Source: a virus (taxonomy: Duplodnaviria; Caudoviricetes). Taken from it: a stretch of 46,635 nt of DNA. Below are positions 9,527 through 18,268 of the stretch, piece by piece. Position numbers and translations under genes: made by a program. A model generated the notes under the pieces. The model was given only the letters and a program-made list of their open reading frames with translations, ran no database searches and was not told the origin of the DNA. The stretch covers positions 1 through 46,635 of the IMG/VR virus record IMGVR_UViG_3300032321_000180, one strand, 5' to 3'. Positions within the stretch are counted from its first letter, which is position 1, and each line of letters opens with the position of its first letter.

Positions 9527-12500
9527 GTCGTTTTACCTTTTTAGTCTTGCAGTGGATAAGGCCACCTTCGATTGTCACTTCGCCGCCCTCTTTGCGCTGA
9601 AGACCTGTTTGCCTTACATCGGGCATTCCTTCTTTGCGATACCACGGGAGCAAATCACCCTCACCAGTTTCAATTTGGCGCAGCACTTCGGCGCGGACAT
9701 TTGCCGGGTTGGGTTGAATGCCTTTTTTGTTCAGGGTGTAAGCAACTTGCTTCTCCAGCAAATCAAGGGCGTCACCCCGTGGTGAGCGCAGGCCCGTTAA
9801 CTCTCCGCCGCCAAACCATCGGCCAGCTTGCGCCATGCCGCCGGGTATTCCCAGATCCCCTGCAATGCCAAGCAAGCCCTGTTCGCCAGCGTTGTACTCG
9901 GTATTGCCAAATCCGCCCTGCTCATTAAAGTACGGGTGAAACCTGCTGCCTTGCGTTTGGCCTCCAGCCTCATGAACGTCAAGCACCACCGAGTTGGCAA
10001 AGTCGCCAGCCTTTTGTGAACCATATGTTGGGATCTTGTAATTGGTTGGGATGTTGGCCTTGCTCATCTCGCGCAAGTCCTGCCCGCCCTCAATTACTTT
10101 TGCCACGCCTTCACGATGAAGCGGCATCAAAGGCAAGCCAATGCCAAACTTTTCTTTGTACACGGCCATCTCGCGGGCCACGTTCTCTTCGGTCAATGGT
10201 ATGCCTCTAGCGTTCATGTCGCGCATGAATTGCCCTACGGCCATCTCGTTCATTATGGAATTGCGGGCAGACGCTGGCGCAAGCGAGTGAATCCATCTGT
10301 CAAACTTTTCGGCAGGCATACCCGCCTCTAGCACCGCTTGTTTCACAGGGTATAGCGAGGCGTAGAAAGTCTCACCGCCAAGCGGCAGGCCACGCTTAAT
10401 TTGCTTTTCAATGAGGGCGCGATTCTCTTGGTCAGCGTACAACTCATCAACATGAGATGTGCTGGCGCGTGTGGGTATATCCCTTGGAAAAGCAGTCTGC
10501 TCTACGCCGGGGAAGCCTTCAAGCGCGTCCTTGATGGACGAGCGGTCAAATGCTTGCAATTCAGGCGCAGGGGGAGTCCAAGGCTCAGTAGGCTGGTCAA
10601 GGAATTCGTTGGCCTTGCGCTTGCGTTCTGCCACCACCTCGGCGGTGTTTTGCATCTTGTTGACATTGGTCTTTGAGTAAGGCGTTTTTACCAATGGGCC
10701 GTATGTCTTCTCCAGCTCTGGCTTTTGCACACGCTCCCATTCCAGTTTGCTAGTGGCTTGCTTTGTGGCTTTCTTCAGCACATCTTCTTCGCTCAACTTG
10801 GGATTGTCTGCGGCAATCTTTGCTACAAACTTTTCAATCGTTGAGTTAAGCACCTTGGGACTGTACGCCGCCTTCGCAGCCTTTGCCGCAGCCTCAGCAG
10901 CAGCCTTTGCCACATTTGTTATTCCACCACCAGCCATATGCGCTTCAGGCTTGTCGGTGCGTAGTAGATTGTTTAGGGCGTTTCTTAGGCCAACGCTGCC
11001 ACCACTAGCCATGCCTTGTTCTGGTGGCAAAAGACCAAGTTCTTTTTGAAGTTCTATTTCGTACTCTTCTGGGGTAACGTACTTCAAATCGCCTGCACCT
11101 TTGTATGGTTTTAATCCAGTGTTTTGCAAGTCACCAACTCCAGACCATTTGCCACTCTTCACAAAGTCCTGTACGAATGGCAAGTACTCTTCTTTGGGTG
11201 CGCGGTTTTGTTTGCCTTTGATTTGAATAATATCTTCGGGTGGCGCAACAAATCTATCTGGATAAAAATGCTGCATCCACTCTGCCGCCCCGGGTCTTCC
11301 TCCATGAGTTGAAATACCTTCAACCATGTGTTGTTTATAAATTGGCTTAATGTCTTCCGGAATATCAAAAGGCGTATAGGCTCCGGGTTTTGTCTCAACA
11401 GTTACATGAGGCTCACCCTTGGCATCACGCAGGCTGAAGATGCGGCTGCGGCCCGCTGATACATCAGGGCAGTAGCCACCAACGCAGTGGCCCATTGTGT
11501 CGCCTTCGTACTTGAGGGCATCTTCAAGGCGTTTGTCGTGGTTACCGTTAAAAAATGACACCGCCTCATCTGGGGTATCAAACTCCATACGAGACAAAGG
11601 TTGCCCATTTTTATCAATAACTTGATAGCTTTGGTTTACTTCATTTTGCGCAACCTTGTAACCACTAGGCAAATCTTTTGGCGCAGTTAACTCAATCCAC
11701 TTGTAGCCCTCTGGATACTCCTTGTGGACAGGCATACCCTCGGTGACCTTGGCCTGCGTCTCGCGCATCTTCTTTGCCATCTCTTGGTCGTACTCATAGG
11801 TGCGGCGTACTGCCTGCTCCATGCTTACCTTGCTCAGTTGTTCAGGGCGGATGCGGCCTTCAGCTACGTCTTGCTTGAGGACATCAATGATGTGGTCAAA
11901 ACCAAGGTCTCGTGCGTCAAAATTGGAGCCAGCCATATGCAATTTGGTATTTGGGTCAGCCTTGTCCATCCAAGACTCATACATATGAGCGCCGGGGCCG
12001 TTAGAGTCTTTTACTTTTTTTATTGTTCGAACACTAACAGGTTGAATTACGGCATCCGAACGGTTTTCCCACTGCTGGGCAAGATCAGACTTAGACATCA
12101 GATTGCCGCCAGCTTCTTTTCTAGACGACTCACCCTTAATCGCCCAATACGTTGGGTCTTCAGCAATCGGGAAGTGAGTTATGCCCTCCTCAGCCAACTT
12201 GCGTACTGGGTCGTCAGGCGTAGCCATCTGCTTCTTGACGTAGTTGGTCAAGTTGCTGTCAACCCACTTGTTGATGGCATTGTTAACAGGGTCGGCCATA
12301 CGCTCATTGGTGAACGCATCTCCCATCAAACGCCGTGCGGCTTCCTCATTAACGACGCCGCGCTTCAATGGTTTCAACGCCTGCTCCACGTTGCCGCCAA
12401 GCCAGTTGCCGCCAGTCTCTTTAATTACGTTCAAGCCACCCATTGGCTGGTCAGCAAACTTCATGCGGCCAGCGGCAGGCACCAACTCCTCCGCAGCGCG

Positions 12501-15500
12501 TGCGGCCTTTGCCGCCTTGCCTATCTTGGACAACAATCCACCACCGGCCATGCGCGGCTCTACTTTTGTTGGCTCAAACATGATGCCCATCGGCTTGGTG
12601 GCGTTTGGGTTAATCATGCCCTCGTAACCGTACTCTTTGACCAAACGCTCGTAGTCGTTGGCCTCTTGCATGGGGTAAGTGACGCCTGCGTTAACCCGTG
12701 CGGTAAATGGCGTGCGGTTGGCCTCGCGGGCCAGCAACCTAAAGTCCAGCGGATCTTGGGTAATGTCGTACAGGCTTGACGACTCTCCACGGTAACGGTT
12801 GCCACCAAGGCCAGCTTCGGGCGCAACAGTACCCGGCTCACCGAGGTAGAAGTACGAGCGGTCGCGCACGCCACCCTCAAGGTCACGCAGGCGTCCGGCT
12901 TCCGCACCCTTGATGCCTGTGCCGTACCTTGTGGGGTCTATCAATTGCAGGTTGGGTTCGTTGCTGTAGTGGGTCAGTACCGATCCGGTCTCGGTTCCCT
13001 TAGTTGGCAGGTTTGCAGCTTTCAGGTACGAAGGCATTCCGCCAGCGAACTGGGGATTCATAAACTCAGGCGGCAGCAGCACGGCCCTGTTAGGAGCAAA
13101 CTCCAACCCGGAGTAGGCTTGACGCTTGAGGTCTTCAATTTCTTTTACAAGCGCTTTGTCGCCACGCCTGCGGGCTTCGTAACTCATGCCCTCATACTCG
13201 GCAATAGTTTTCTTGAGCTTGGCATTGAGTGGGCTGTAGTTGACCACTGAGTTCTGTCCACGGGTCTCAGCAGTCATCGCCATACGCGCAAGGGGCGAGT
13301 ACATTTGCTGGTGAACGGCCCATGCCATCTCTTCACCCTTGGGGCCAAACTCGTTGCCGTAAATGGCGTGGCCCAACAGGTCATGGACAGCGCGAAACTT
13401 CTCGTTCTCGTTCAAGCCAGTTTGCGGATCTACGTTGTGCAAGAAGTCGTGCTTGTCGCCACCCTGATAAACGTACAGGTGCCTGTTCCCATGCACATCA
13501 GCGGCCATGTCCTTGGCCCCGTTGTAATTGCCCTCACCAGCGCGGTGGTACGAGAAGTTGTACGGCAGTTTCTTAAACTGATCATCAGTCTCCTTTGCCA
13601 TCTGACGGTAAGCCTTCTCCATCAGGTCGTCGTAGTTTTTTGCGCCAATCTGCTCCATCAGGTCAGGCATCTCACGACTGTAAGCTCCAAAGATTGCAGA
13701 CTTGTACTCAGGCGATCCTTGGACAGCCAGATCAAAAGTACGAGCAATGCCTGACTGCTTTGCCAACGAACTACTTGGAGTTTTTGGCACACCGAAGTCA
13801 ACCCCTTGGATATCTTGCGTGTATTTCTTTGCAATATTCAGTGGTTGATTTGCAACTGGGTCAGCAATTATTCGACCCACTTCCTCTGGCGATAAGAGTT
13901 GCGGAACTTTGCGTCCAGTTGGTTCTGCTCCTCCTGCGACAGCGGGGGTGGCTCGTAACCCATCCGCTTCTTTAGTTCCGCGAGTTGTTGCTGCGTCTTT
14001 GCCAAGTGTTGTTGGCTGGACTCGGAAGAATGGGCCTTCTTGTTGTGTTGCATATTTGGTTCCTGCTGTTTTAATTTCCTTTGCCGCCTTTGCTTCCTTA
14101 CCTGCCAGCAAGGCATCCTTGACGCCCTTAACACCCTTAACGCCAGCTTTGGCTACACCATAGCCAGCAGCACCCAAACCAATCGTATCCAGCACATCCA
14201 TTGGGTTAGGTGCATAGCCCTTGCCGACGCTGCCTAGCAGGTTGCTTGCGCCAGTGCCGCCAGTCAGGTCGGACATCTTCATGGCGTCCAAGATGTCGGT
14301 CGTGGGCACCTTGGCCGTGTTGACGCCAGTAGCCACCCGTGGGTTCGTGGCCGAGCGCTGGAACTCGTAGGGGATCGTGAGGGTGGAGTCTTCCATGCCC
14401 TTGCGTAGATCTGGGCCAACAAACGGCACGGCACCCACCAAGTTGCCCACCACGCTGCCAACTGATGGGCCGCTGTCAATTAGGCGGTTGAGCTTGTCCA
14501 GCCCCGACTTGACCGCCTTAACGCCAAGGTTCATGCGCTCGGTCTTGGGGTAAGGCTTGTTCTCGTTGTCCTGACGAGTAGCGCCCATGAGCGAGTAGTT
14601 GCTGTCCGCCCTGCCGCCACCAGCAAGGTGGATCAAGCCACCTTGGGCCTTGTCCTGCTCCTTTGCCAGTAAGTCAGGCGCAGCCACGCCCATAACCGCC
14701 GCAGTGGCCGCAGTCTTTCGGAATGGGTCAAAAGCGGCAAATCGGGAACGGATTGTCTCTGGGTTGAACACGGCAATCGTTGGGAAGTTGTCATCGGTTG
14801 ACTCGCGCAGCCGCATGGAGTCGTAACCCTTGCTCTTCAGGAAGTCAACCACGGGCTGGTTTTCGTACACCAAGTAGTTTCCGTGTTGAAAGTGCTTAAC
14901 AATCTCTTGCGGAGTATTGTTCTTGGCAAAGTATTCGGCCATGACATCCATGTCGGTCTCAGGGTTGAACGTATTGTTCGCCTCAACCTTCATTGGATAA
15001 ACCGCGCTGTGTGTTCGATCTGGGTCTAAGCCAGACTCTCTTGCAAAGGCTTCCTTGAACGCATTGTTCCTTTTGTCGTACTCTGCATGAAAGTTAGGGT
15101 CGTCTCGGTCAAGCGACTCAAAATCCATGTACTTGTGTTTAAGGGCGCGGTATAAATCTTCGGCAGACTTTTGCTCTGCTTCAGCGCCAATACGCTTTTG
15201 CATCTTGCCCTTGCCAACCCATTTGCTGGCGAAATCTGGGTCTTTTGTTACAAATGCCAAGTCGTCGTTGTAACCCGGAACAAACGCACCTTTGATGTCC
15301 TGTTTGGTTCCGTGGTATGCGTCTGTATTGATGCCCATCGCCGCAGCCCGCTGCTCTGGCGTGTTGCTGGCAGCAAGGCCAAGGCCACCCTTTGCTGGAG
15401 GCAGGGCGGCTCGTTGTTGGGCTAGGCGCAGGGCTTCTGCCTGTGGTGCCTCCTCAACAACCCTAGTCACCGCCTTGGCGGCAGGCTTGGCAGCTTTGAC

Positions 15501-16280
15501 CACAGCCTTCAGCAACCCACCACCAGCTTTGTTCAGGTCTGGCACAGTGGTGTCATAGGTGCCTTGGTTGCCTATCGCGCTCTTAACCGTGTTGGGGTCA
15601 AACGCTACCACCTCACTCAACTCGCCATTGCGGTACTGGGCCAAGCCGTCGTAGCCAGCAGCACGGGCGCGGGATTCAACCTCCTTGCCAATGTAGCCCT
15701 TTTGGTCGTAGGCACGCTCGACCATGCGGGACGCCTTGTCCTCGTCCATGCCCAGCTTGATCAACGCCTCAATCATGGGGTCGCCATGGGTTCCCTCAAT
15801 GAAGAGCGGGTTCTTAATCTGGGCGTGGACTGGCAACATATTGCCGCCCTGTTGCGATGGCAGTACGTTGCCAGAGTTGCGCTGGTTCAACGCCTTCAGC
15901 CCGAAGTCTTGATGGCGCGGGTCGCTCAACATCATCTCAAGCGCCTCGTCGTTGGGAATGCCGCTGTAGCCGCTTGCATGGGCGGAGCTAGGGGTAAGGT
16001 ACACCCCAGAGCCTAGAGCGCCTTCCTTGCTGGGCTTGATACGGCTGATGGCCTCTTGGCCCTTGCCACCTTCGGTTGCGGTTGTGCCGTGGTACAGGCG
16101 CATGGGCGTCTTGCTCTCAGCAAGAAACTTGGCGAGGTTGGCCTCGCGTTCCACGGTTGGCAATACTTTTTGCGCAGCCTTAGCCACAGACTTCAACAGT
16201 CCACCACCAGCCATATTGGCATCGCCAGACAGAAGCTGGTCAAGCTGCGCTCGGCGGATGTCGGTCAGTCGTTGGTTCAT
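9504..16280 (-). CDS. Giant polyvalent multi-enzyme protein (three ADP-ribosyltransferase-like domains, HDxxGH zincin-like, PcfJ-like, glycosylase-like)
   Basis: Likely start MNQRLTD at 16280 (AAGGAAG RBS); YHGT..GYDG..E.VAF.P..KSAIGN.GTYD; second YHGT..GYDS; RAVHDLLGH..ETRGQNS; EGDTMGHCVGGY..IFSLRD..G.PHVTVE..QIKGKQN. Confidence 0.8.
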   Translation of the reverse strand: MNQRLTDIRRAQLDQLLSGDANMAGGGLLKSVAKAAQKVLPTVEREANLAKFLAESKTPMRLYHGTTATEGGKGQEAISRIKPSKEGALGSGVYLTPSSAHASGYSGIPNDEALEMMLSDPRHQDFGLKALNQRNSGNVLPSQQGGNMLPVHAQIKNPLFIEGTHGDPMIEALIKLGMDEDKASRMVERAYDQKGYIGKEVESRARAAGYDGLAQYRNGELSEVVAFDPNTVKSAIGNQGTYDTTVPDLNKAGGGLLKAVVKAAKPAAKAVTRVVEEAPQAEALRLAQQRAALPPAKGGLGLAASNTPEQRAAAMGINTDAYHGTKQDIKGAFVPGYNDDLAFVTKDPDFASKWVGKGKMQKRIGAEAEQKSAEDLYRALKHKYMDFESLDRDDPNFHAEYDKRNNAFKEAFARESGLDPDRTHSAVYPMKVEANNTFNPETDMDVMAEYFAKNNTPQEIVKHFQHGNYLVYENQPVVDFLKSKGYDSMRLRESTDDNFPTIAVFNPETIRSRFAAFDPFRKTAATAAVMGVAAPDLLAKEQDKAQGGLIHLAGGGRADSNYSLMGATRQDNENKPYPKTERMNLGVKAVKSGLDKLNRLIDSGPSVGSVVGNLVGAVPFVGPDLRKGMEDSTLTIPYEFQRSATNPRVATGVNTAKVPTTDILDAMKMSDLTGGTGASNLLGSVGKGYAPNPMDVLDTIGLGAAGYGVAKAGVKGVKGVKDALLAGKEAKAAKEIKTAGTKYATQQEGPFFRVQPTTLGKDAATTRGTKEADGLRATPAVAGGAEPTGRKVPQLLSPEEVGRIIADPVANQPLNIAKKYTQDIQGVDFGVPKTPSSSLAKQSGIARTFDLAVQGSPEYKSAIFGAYSREMPDLMEQIGAKNYDDLMEKAYRQMAKETDDQFKKLPYNFSYHRAGEGNYNGAKDMAADVHGNRHLYVYQGGDKHDFLHNVDPQTGLNENEKFRAVHDLLGHAIYGNEFGPKGEEMAWAVHQQMYSPLARMAMTAETRGQNSVVNYSPLNAKLKKTIAEYEGMSYEARRRGDKALVKEIEDLKRQAYSGLEFAPNRAVLLPPEFMNPQFAGGMPSYLKAANLPTKGTETGSVLTHYSNEPNLQLIDPTRYGTGIKGAEAGRLRDLEGGVRDRSYFYLGEPGTVAPEAGLGGNRYRGESSSLYDITQDPLDFRLLAREANRTPFTARVNAGVTYPMQEANDYERLVKEYGYEGMINPNATKPMGIMFEPTKVEPRMAGGGLLSKIGKAAKAARAAEELVPAAGRMKFADQPMGGLNVIKETGGNWLGGNVEQALKPLKRGVVNEEAARRLMGDAFTNERMADPVNNAINKWVDSNLTNYVKKQMATPDDPVRKLAEEGITHFPIAEDPTYWAIKGESSRKEAGGNLMSKSDLAQQWENRSDAVIQPVSVRTIKKVKDSNGPGAHMYESWMDKADPNTKLHMAGSNFDARDLGFDHIIDVLKQDVAEGRIRPEQLSKVSMEQAVRRTYEYDQEMAKKMRETQAKVTEGMPVHKEYPEGYKWIELTAPKDLPSGYKVAQNEVNQSYQVIDKNGQPLSRMEFDTPDEAVSFFNGNHDKRLEDALKYEGDTMGHCVGGYCPDVSAGRSRIFSLRDAKGEPHVTVETKPGAYTPFDIPEDIKPIYKQHMVEGISTHGGRPGAAEWMQHFYPDRFVAPPEDIIQIKGKQNRAPKEEYLPFVQDFVKSGKWSGVGDLQNTGLKPYKGAGDLKYVTPEEYEIELQKELGLLPPEQGMASGGSVGLRNALNNLLRTDKPEAHMAGGGITNVAKAAAEAAAKAAKAAYSPKVLNSTIEKFVAKIAADNPKLSEEDVLKKATKQATSKLEWERVQKPELEKTYGPLVKTPYSKTNVNKMQNTAEVVAERKRKANEFLDQPTEPWTPPAPELQAFDRSSIKDALEGFPGVEQTAFPRDIPTRASTSHVDELYADQENRALIEKQIKRGLPLGGETFYASLYPVKQAVLEAGMPAEKFDRWIHSLAPASARNSIMNEMAVGQFMRDMNARGIPLTEENVAREMAVYKEKFGIGLPLMPLHREGVAKVIEGGQDLREMSKANIPTNYKIPTYGSQKAGDFANSVVLDVHEAGGQTQGSRFHPYFNEQGGFGNTEYNAGEQGLLGIAGDLGIPGGMAQAGRWFGGGELTGLRSPRGDALDLLEKQVAYTLNKKGIQPNPANVRAEVLRQIETGEGDLLPWYRKEGMPDVRQTGLQRKEGGEVTIEGGLIHCKTKKVKRHGNTVPH

Positions 16281-16665
16281 GGCGGCTTCCTTATACCCCC
16301 GCATTTAACCACAGGTTGTGAGGGAATTGTCTCTACCCGCTTGCAGGCTCGGCACACCCACCGCTCTCGGCCTGTGGTCAGTGGGTAGGTCTCTATCACT
16401 CCACCGCATTTGCATAACCTCATAACTGCCCTTTGGTGAATGTTGGAGCAAAGCGCAGCCTATACCGTGAAAAATCACAGACACCGCTACGCTTTGATGT
16501 ATGCCCTTCGGAGCCATGCCATCGCTTACGCTGGACAGACTTGCAGGCTTTCGCCCTACCACCGCGCTCTATCCTTAGCCCACGCTCCCTGATCTGGTTT
16601 GCTCGTGTATCAGGGTATCCCATGCCCAGCCATCGACGTACCGCACTGGGCCGTCCAAAAGCAAA

Positions 16666-16781
16666 AACCCCGCAAGATGCTCTGTGGTCTTGGCTCTTGG
16701 CGAGAGCAACAGCAAGACGATTGACGCGAATCAAAAATCTCGCCTGCTGTCTGACAAGACCACACAGTACCTTACGGGGTT
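16666..16781 (-). ncRNA. C4-antisense-like structured RNA / attenuator hairpin
   Basis: Long closing stem (AACCCCGUAAGGU/AUCUUGCGGGGUU, UGUGGUCUUG/CAAGACCACA) enclosing two hairpins, one with a CGCCAA loop; followed by a U-tract. Confidence 0.6.
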
Positions 16782-16823
16782 CAAGATTCGCGTTTTCGCC
16801 CAGATGCCACTCCAGACGGGTGC

Positions 16824-16829
16824 ATTGTA
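16824..16829 (-). promoter_or_regulatory. Putative -10 element (TACAAT) driving the ncRNA block
   Basis: TACAAT about 20 nt after the terL stop, just before a leader hairpin; no convincing -35. Confidence 0.45.
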
Positions 16830-16849
16830 CACCATTCGGAACCATTGGC

Positions 16850-18268
16850 CTACGCTGCATAGGGATTACCCTTACGCTGCTTGCCAGAGTCAACGTAGTC
16901 GTCCTCGTCCCAGTTATCCTCTGGCGGTGGGTCGATGTCCAGCCAGCCAGCGTCACGCAGGTAGCGCAGCGCTTGGGTGCAAGCGTCCACGAAGTCGTCG
17001 TGCGTGGTGTTGGGGAACGAGCAGATCTGGCTGACGAACGCCTCGGCCCAGTCCTTGACGTAGCCCTTCTTGTTGTCCGACTCAGGTATCCACACCCGAC
17101 CACGGGCGATGATGTTGGAGACGATGTTCAGGCGCTGCACCTTGTCCGCCCTGCCGGGGTTGTACGCCCTCACCGGCAGGTGGGCACGCTGCAAGTCTTG
17201 TATAAGACTGATGCCAGCGCTCTTGTCCTCAATGAGCAGCAAGTCCACCCGCTTCTTGTCCTTCCCTTCGCCGTACACGATCTCGTACTCCTCAGTCACC
17301 TTAGGGCGCAGGTCGGGGTACTGGAGCCTGTCCTGCCAGCAGTCGATCACCATCGCGCTCATTGGGCCGTCCAGAGGCTTGAACACGCCGAACGTGATGC
17401 AGGCAGTAGGATCGTTCTGCGTCTTCTCGCTGGTCGCCACATCGTATGACTGGAGGATGTACTCAAAGCGCGGGAAGGCGCGGCCAGCAGGCCACAGCTT
17501 GAACATCGAGCGCTGGACAACTCCGCCCTCCTCGGCGTCGATGATCTCGGCGTAGATCTCCTGCCTGCCTAGCTTGGTGCCCTCAAAGGACAGGATCTGC
17601 TTCCTGAAGTTATCTGACAGGTTGGCTAGGTTGGTGTACGTCGAGGCGGTGGTGACCGTTACATCGTCCCCATCTCGGCCAACCAGATCGACGATCAAGT
17701 CCTTGGGCTGCGGGGTCGTGGTGACAATGATGTGGGTCTTGGTGCCCAAGCGCACGCCGAACTGGATCTGATCCCATGCGTCTTGGATGTAGTCCCAAGC
17801 GGCAAGCTCATCGAGCCAAGCGCCGTGGAACTGTGGGCCACGAAAGCGGGCTGGCTCGGATGCGGGTATACCCTTGATCAAGCTGCCGTTGGTCAGGTAG
17901 ATCTCGTGCAGCGCCTTGTTGTAGTCCTTGATCAGCGGGGCTGGGATCACCGACATCAGGCCAGAGTCACCCTCAAAGCAGGTTGATCGCACATCGGAGG
18001 ATGTGGGGGCGGCCACCAGCCAGCGGGTGCCGGGATGCGTCCATGCCCACCAGCCTATCTGCTCTGCCGCTGTACGGGTCTTGCCTGCGCCACGGCCAGC
18101 CAGCAGCAGCCAGATACTCCACCAGTCCCCATGAGGCAGGATCTGGTGGTTATGCGCCTTGTCCAGCCAAGTGAGCCGCCAAGCCGTCGCCAGCTTCACT
18201 TCTGGGCTGGCAAGCTCAAAGCTGCGCTTGACCTCTGGGTCTTGCAGCAACTCGATGATGTCACTCAT
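16850..18268 (-). CDS. terL: Terminase large subunit
   Basis: Walker A AGRGAGKT, Walker B AWLDE, coupling motif VTTTP, nuclease YDVA..K..ND and HDDFVDA. Confidence 0.95.
   Translation of the reverse strand: MSDIIELLQDPEVKRSFELASPEVKLATAWRLTWLDKAHNHQILPHGDWWSIWLLLAGRGAGKTRTAAEQIGWWAWTHPGTRWLVAAPTSSDVRSTCFEGDSGLMSVIPAPLIKDYNKALHEIYLTNGSLIKGIPASEPARFRGPQFHGAWLDELAAWDYIQDAWDQIQFGVRLGTKTHIIVTTTPQPKDLIVDLVGRDGDDVTVTTASTYTNLANLSDNFRKQILSFEGTKLGRQEIYAEIIDAEEGGVVQRSMFKLWPAGRAFPRFEYILQSYDVATSEKTQNDPTACITFGVFKPLDGPMSAMVIDCWQDRLQYPDLRPKVTEEYEIVYGEGKDKKRVDLLLIEDKSAGISLIQDLQRAHLPVRAYNPGRADKVQRLNIVSNIIARGRVWIPESDNKKGYVKDWAEAFVSQICSFPNTTHDDFVDACTQALRYLRDAGWLDIDPPPEDNWDEDDYVDSGKQRKGNPYAA

Noticed and set aside
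11724-12779. 351-aa plus-strand ORF
   Set aside because: Antisense shadow of the giant gene; no RBS or recognisable motifs.
9504-16280. Inteins, introns or a diversity-generating retroelement explaining the giant gene
   Set aside because: No intein C...HN-C/S/T splice motifs recognised, the frame is uninterrupted, and no reverse transcriptase or TR/VR pair is seen.
16420-17449. ORFs 16420..17103 (-) and 16433..17449 (+), and 16305..16562 (-)
   Set aside because: The two long ORFs overlap terL out of frame or antisense and are Arg-rich with no motifs; all three run through the structured RNA block, which is better explained as non-coding.
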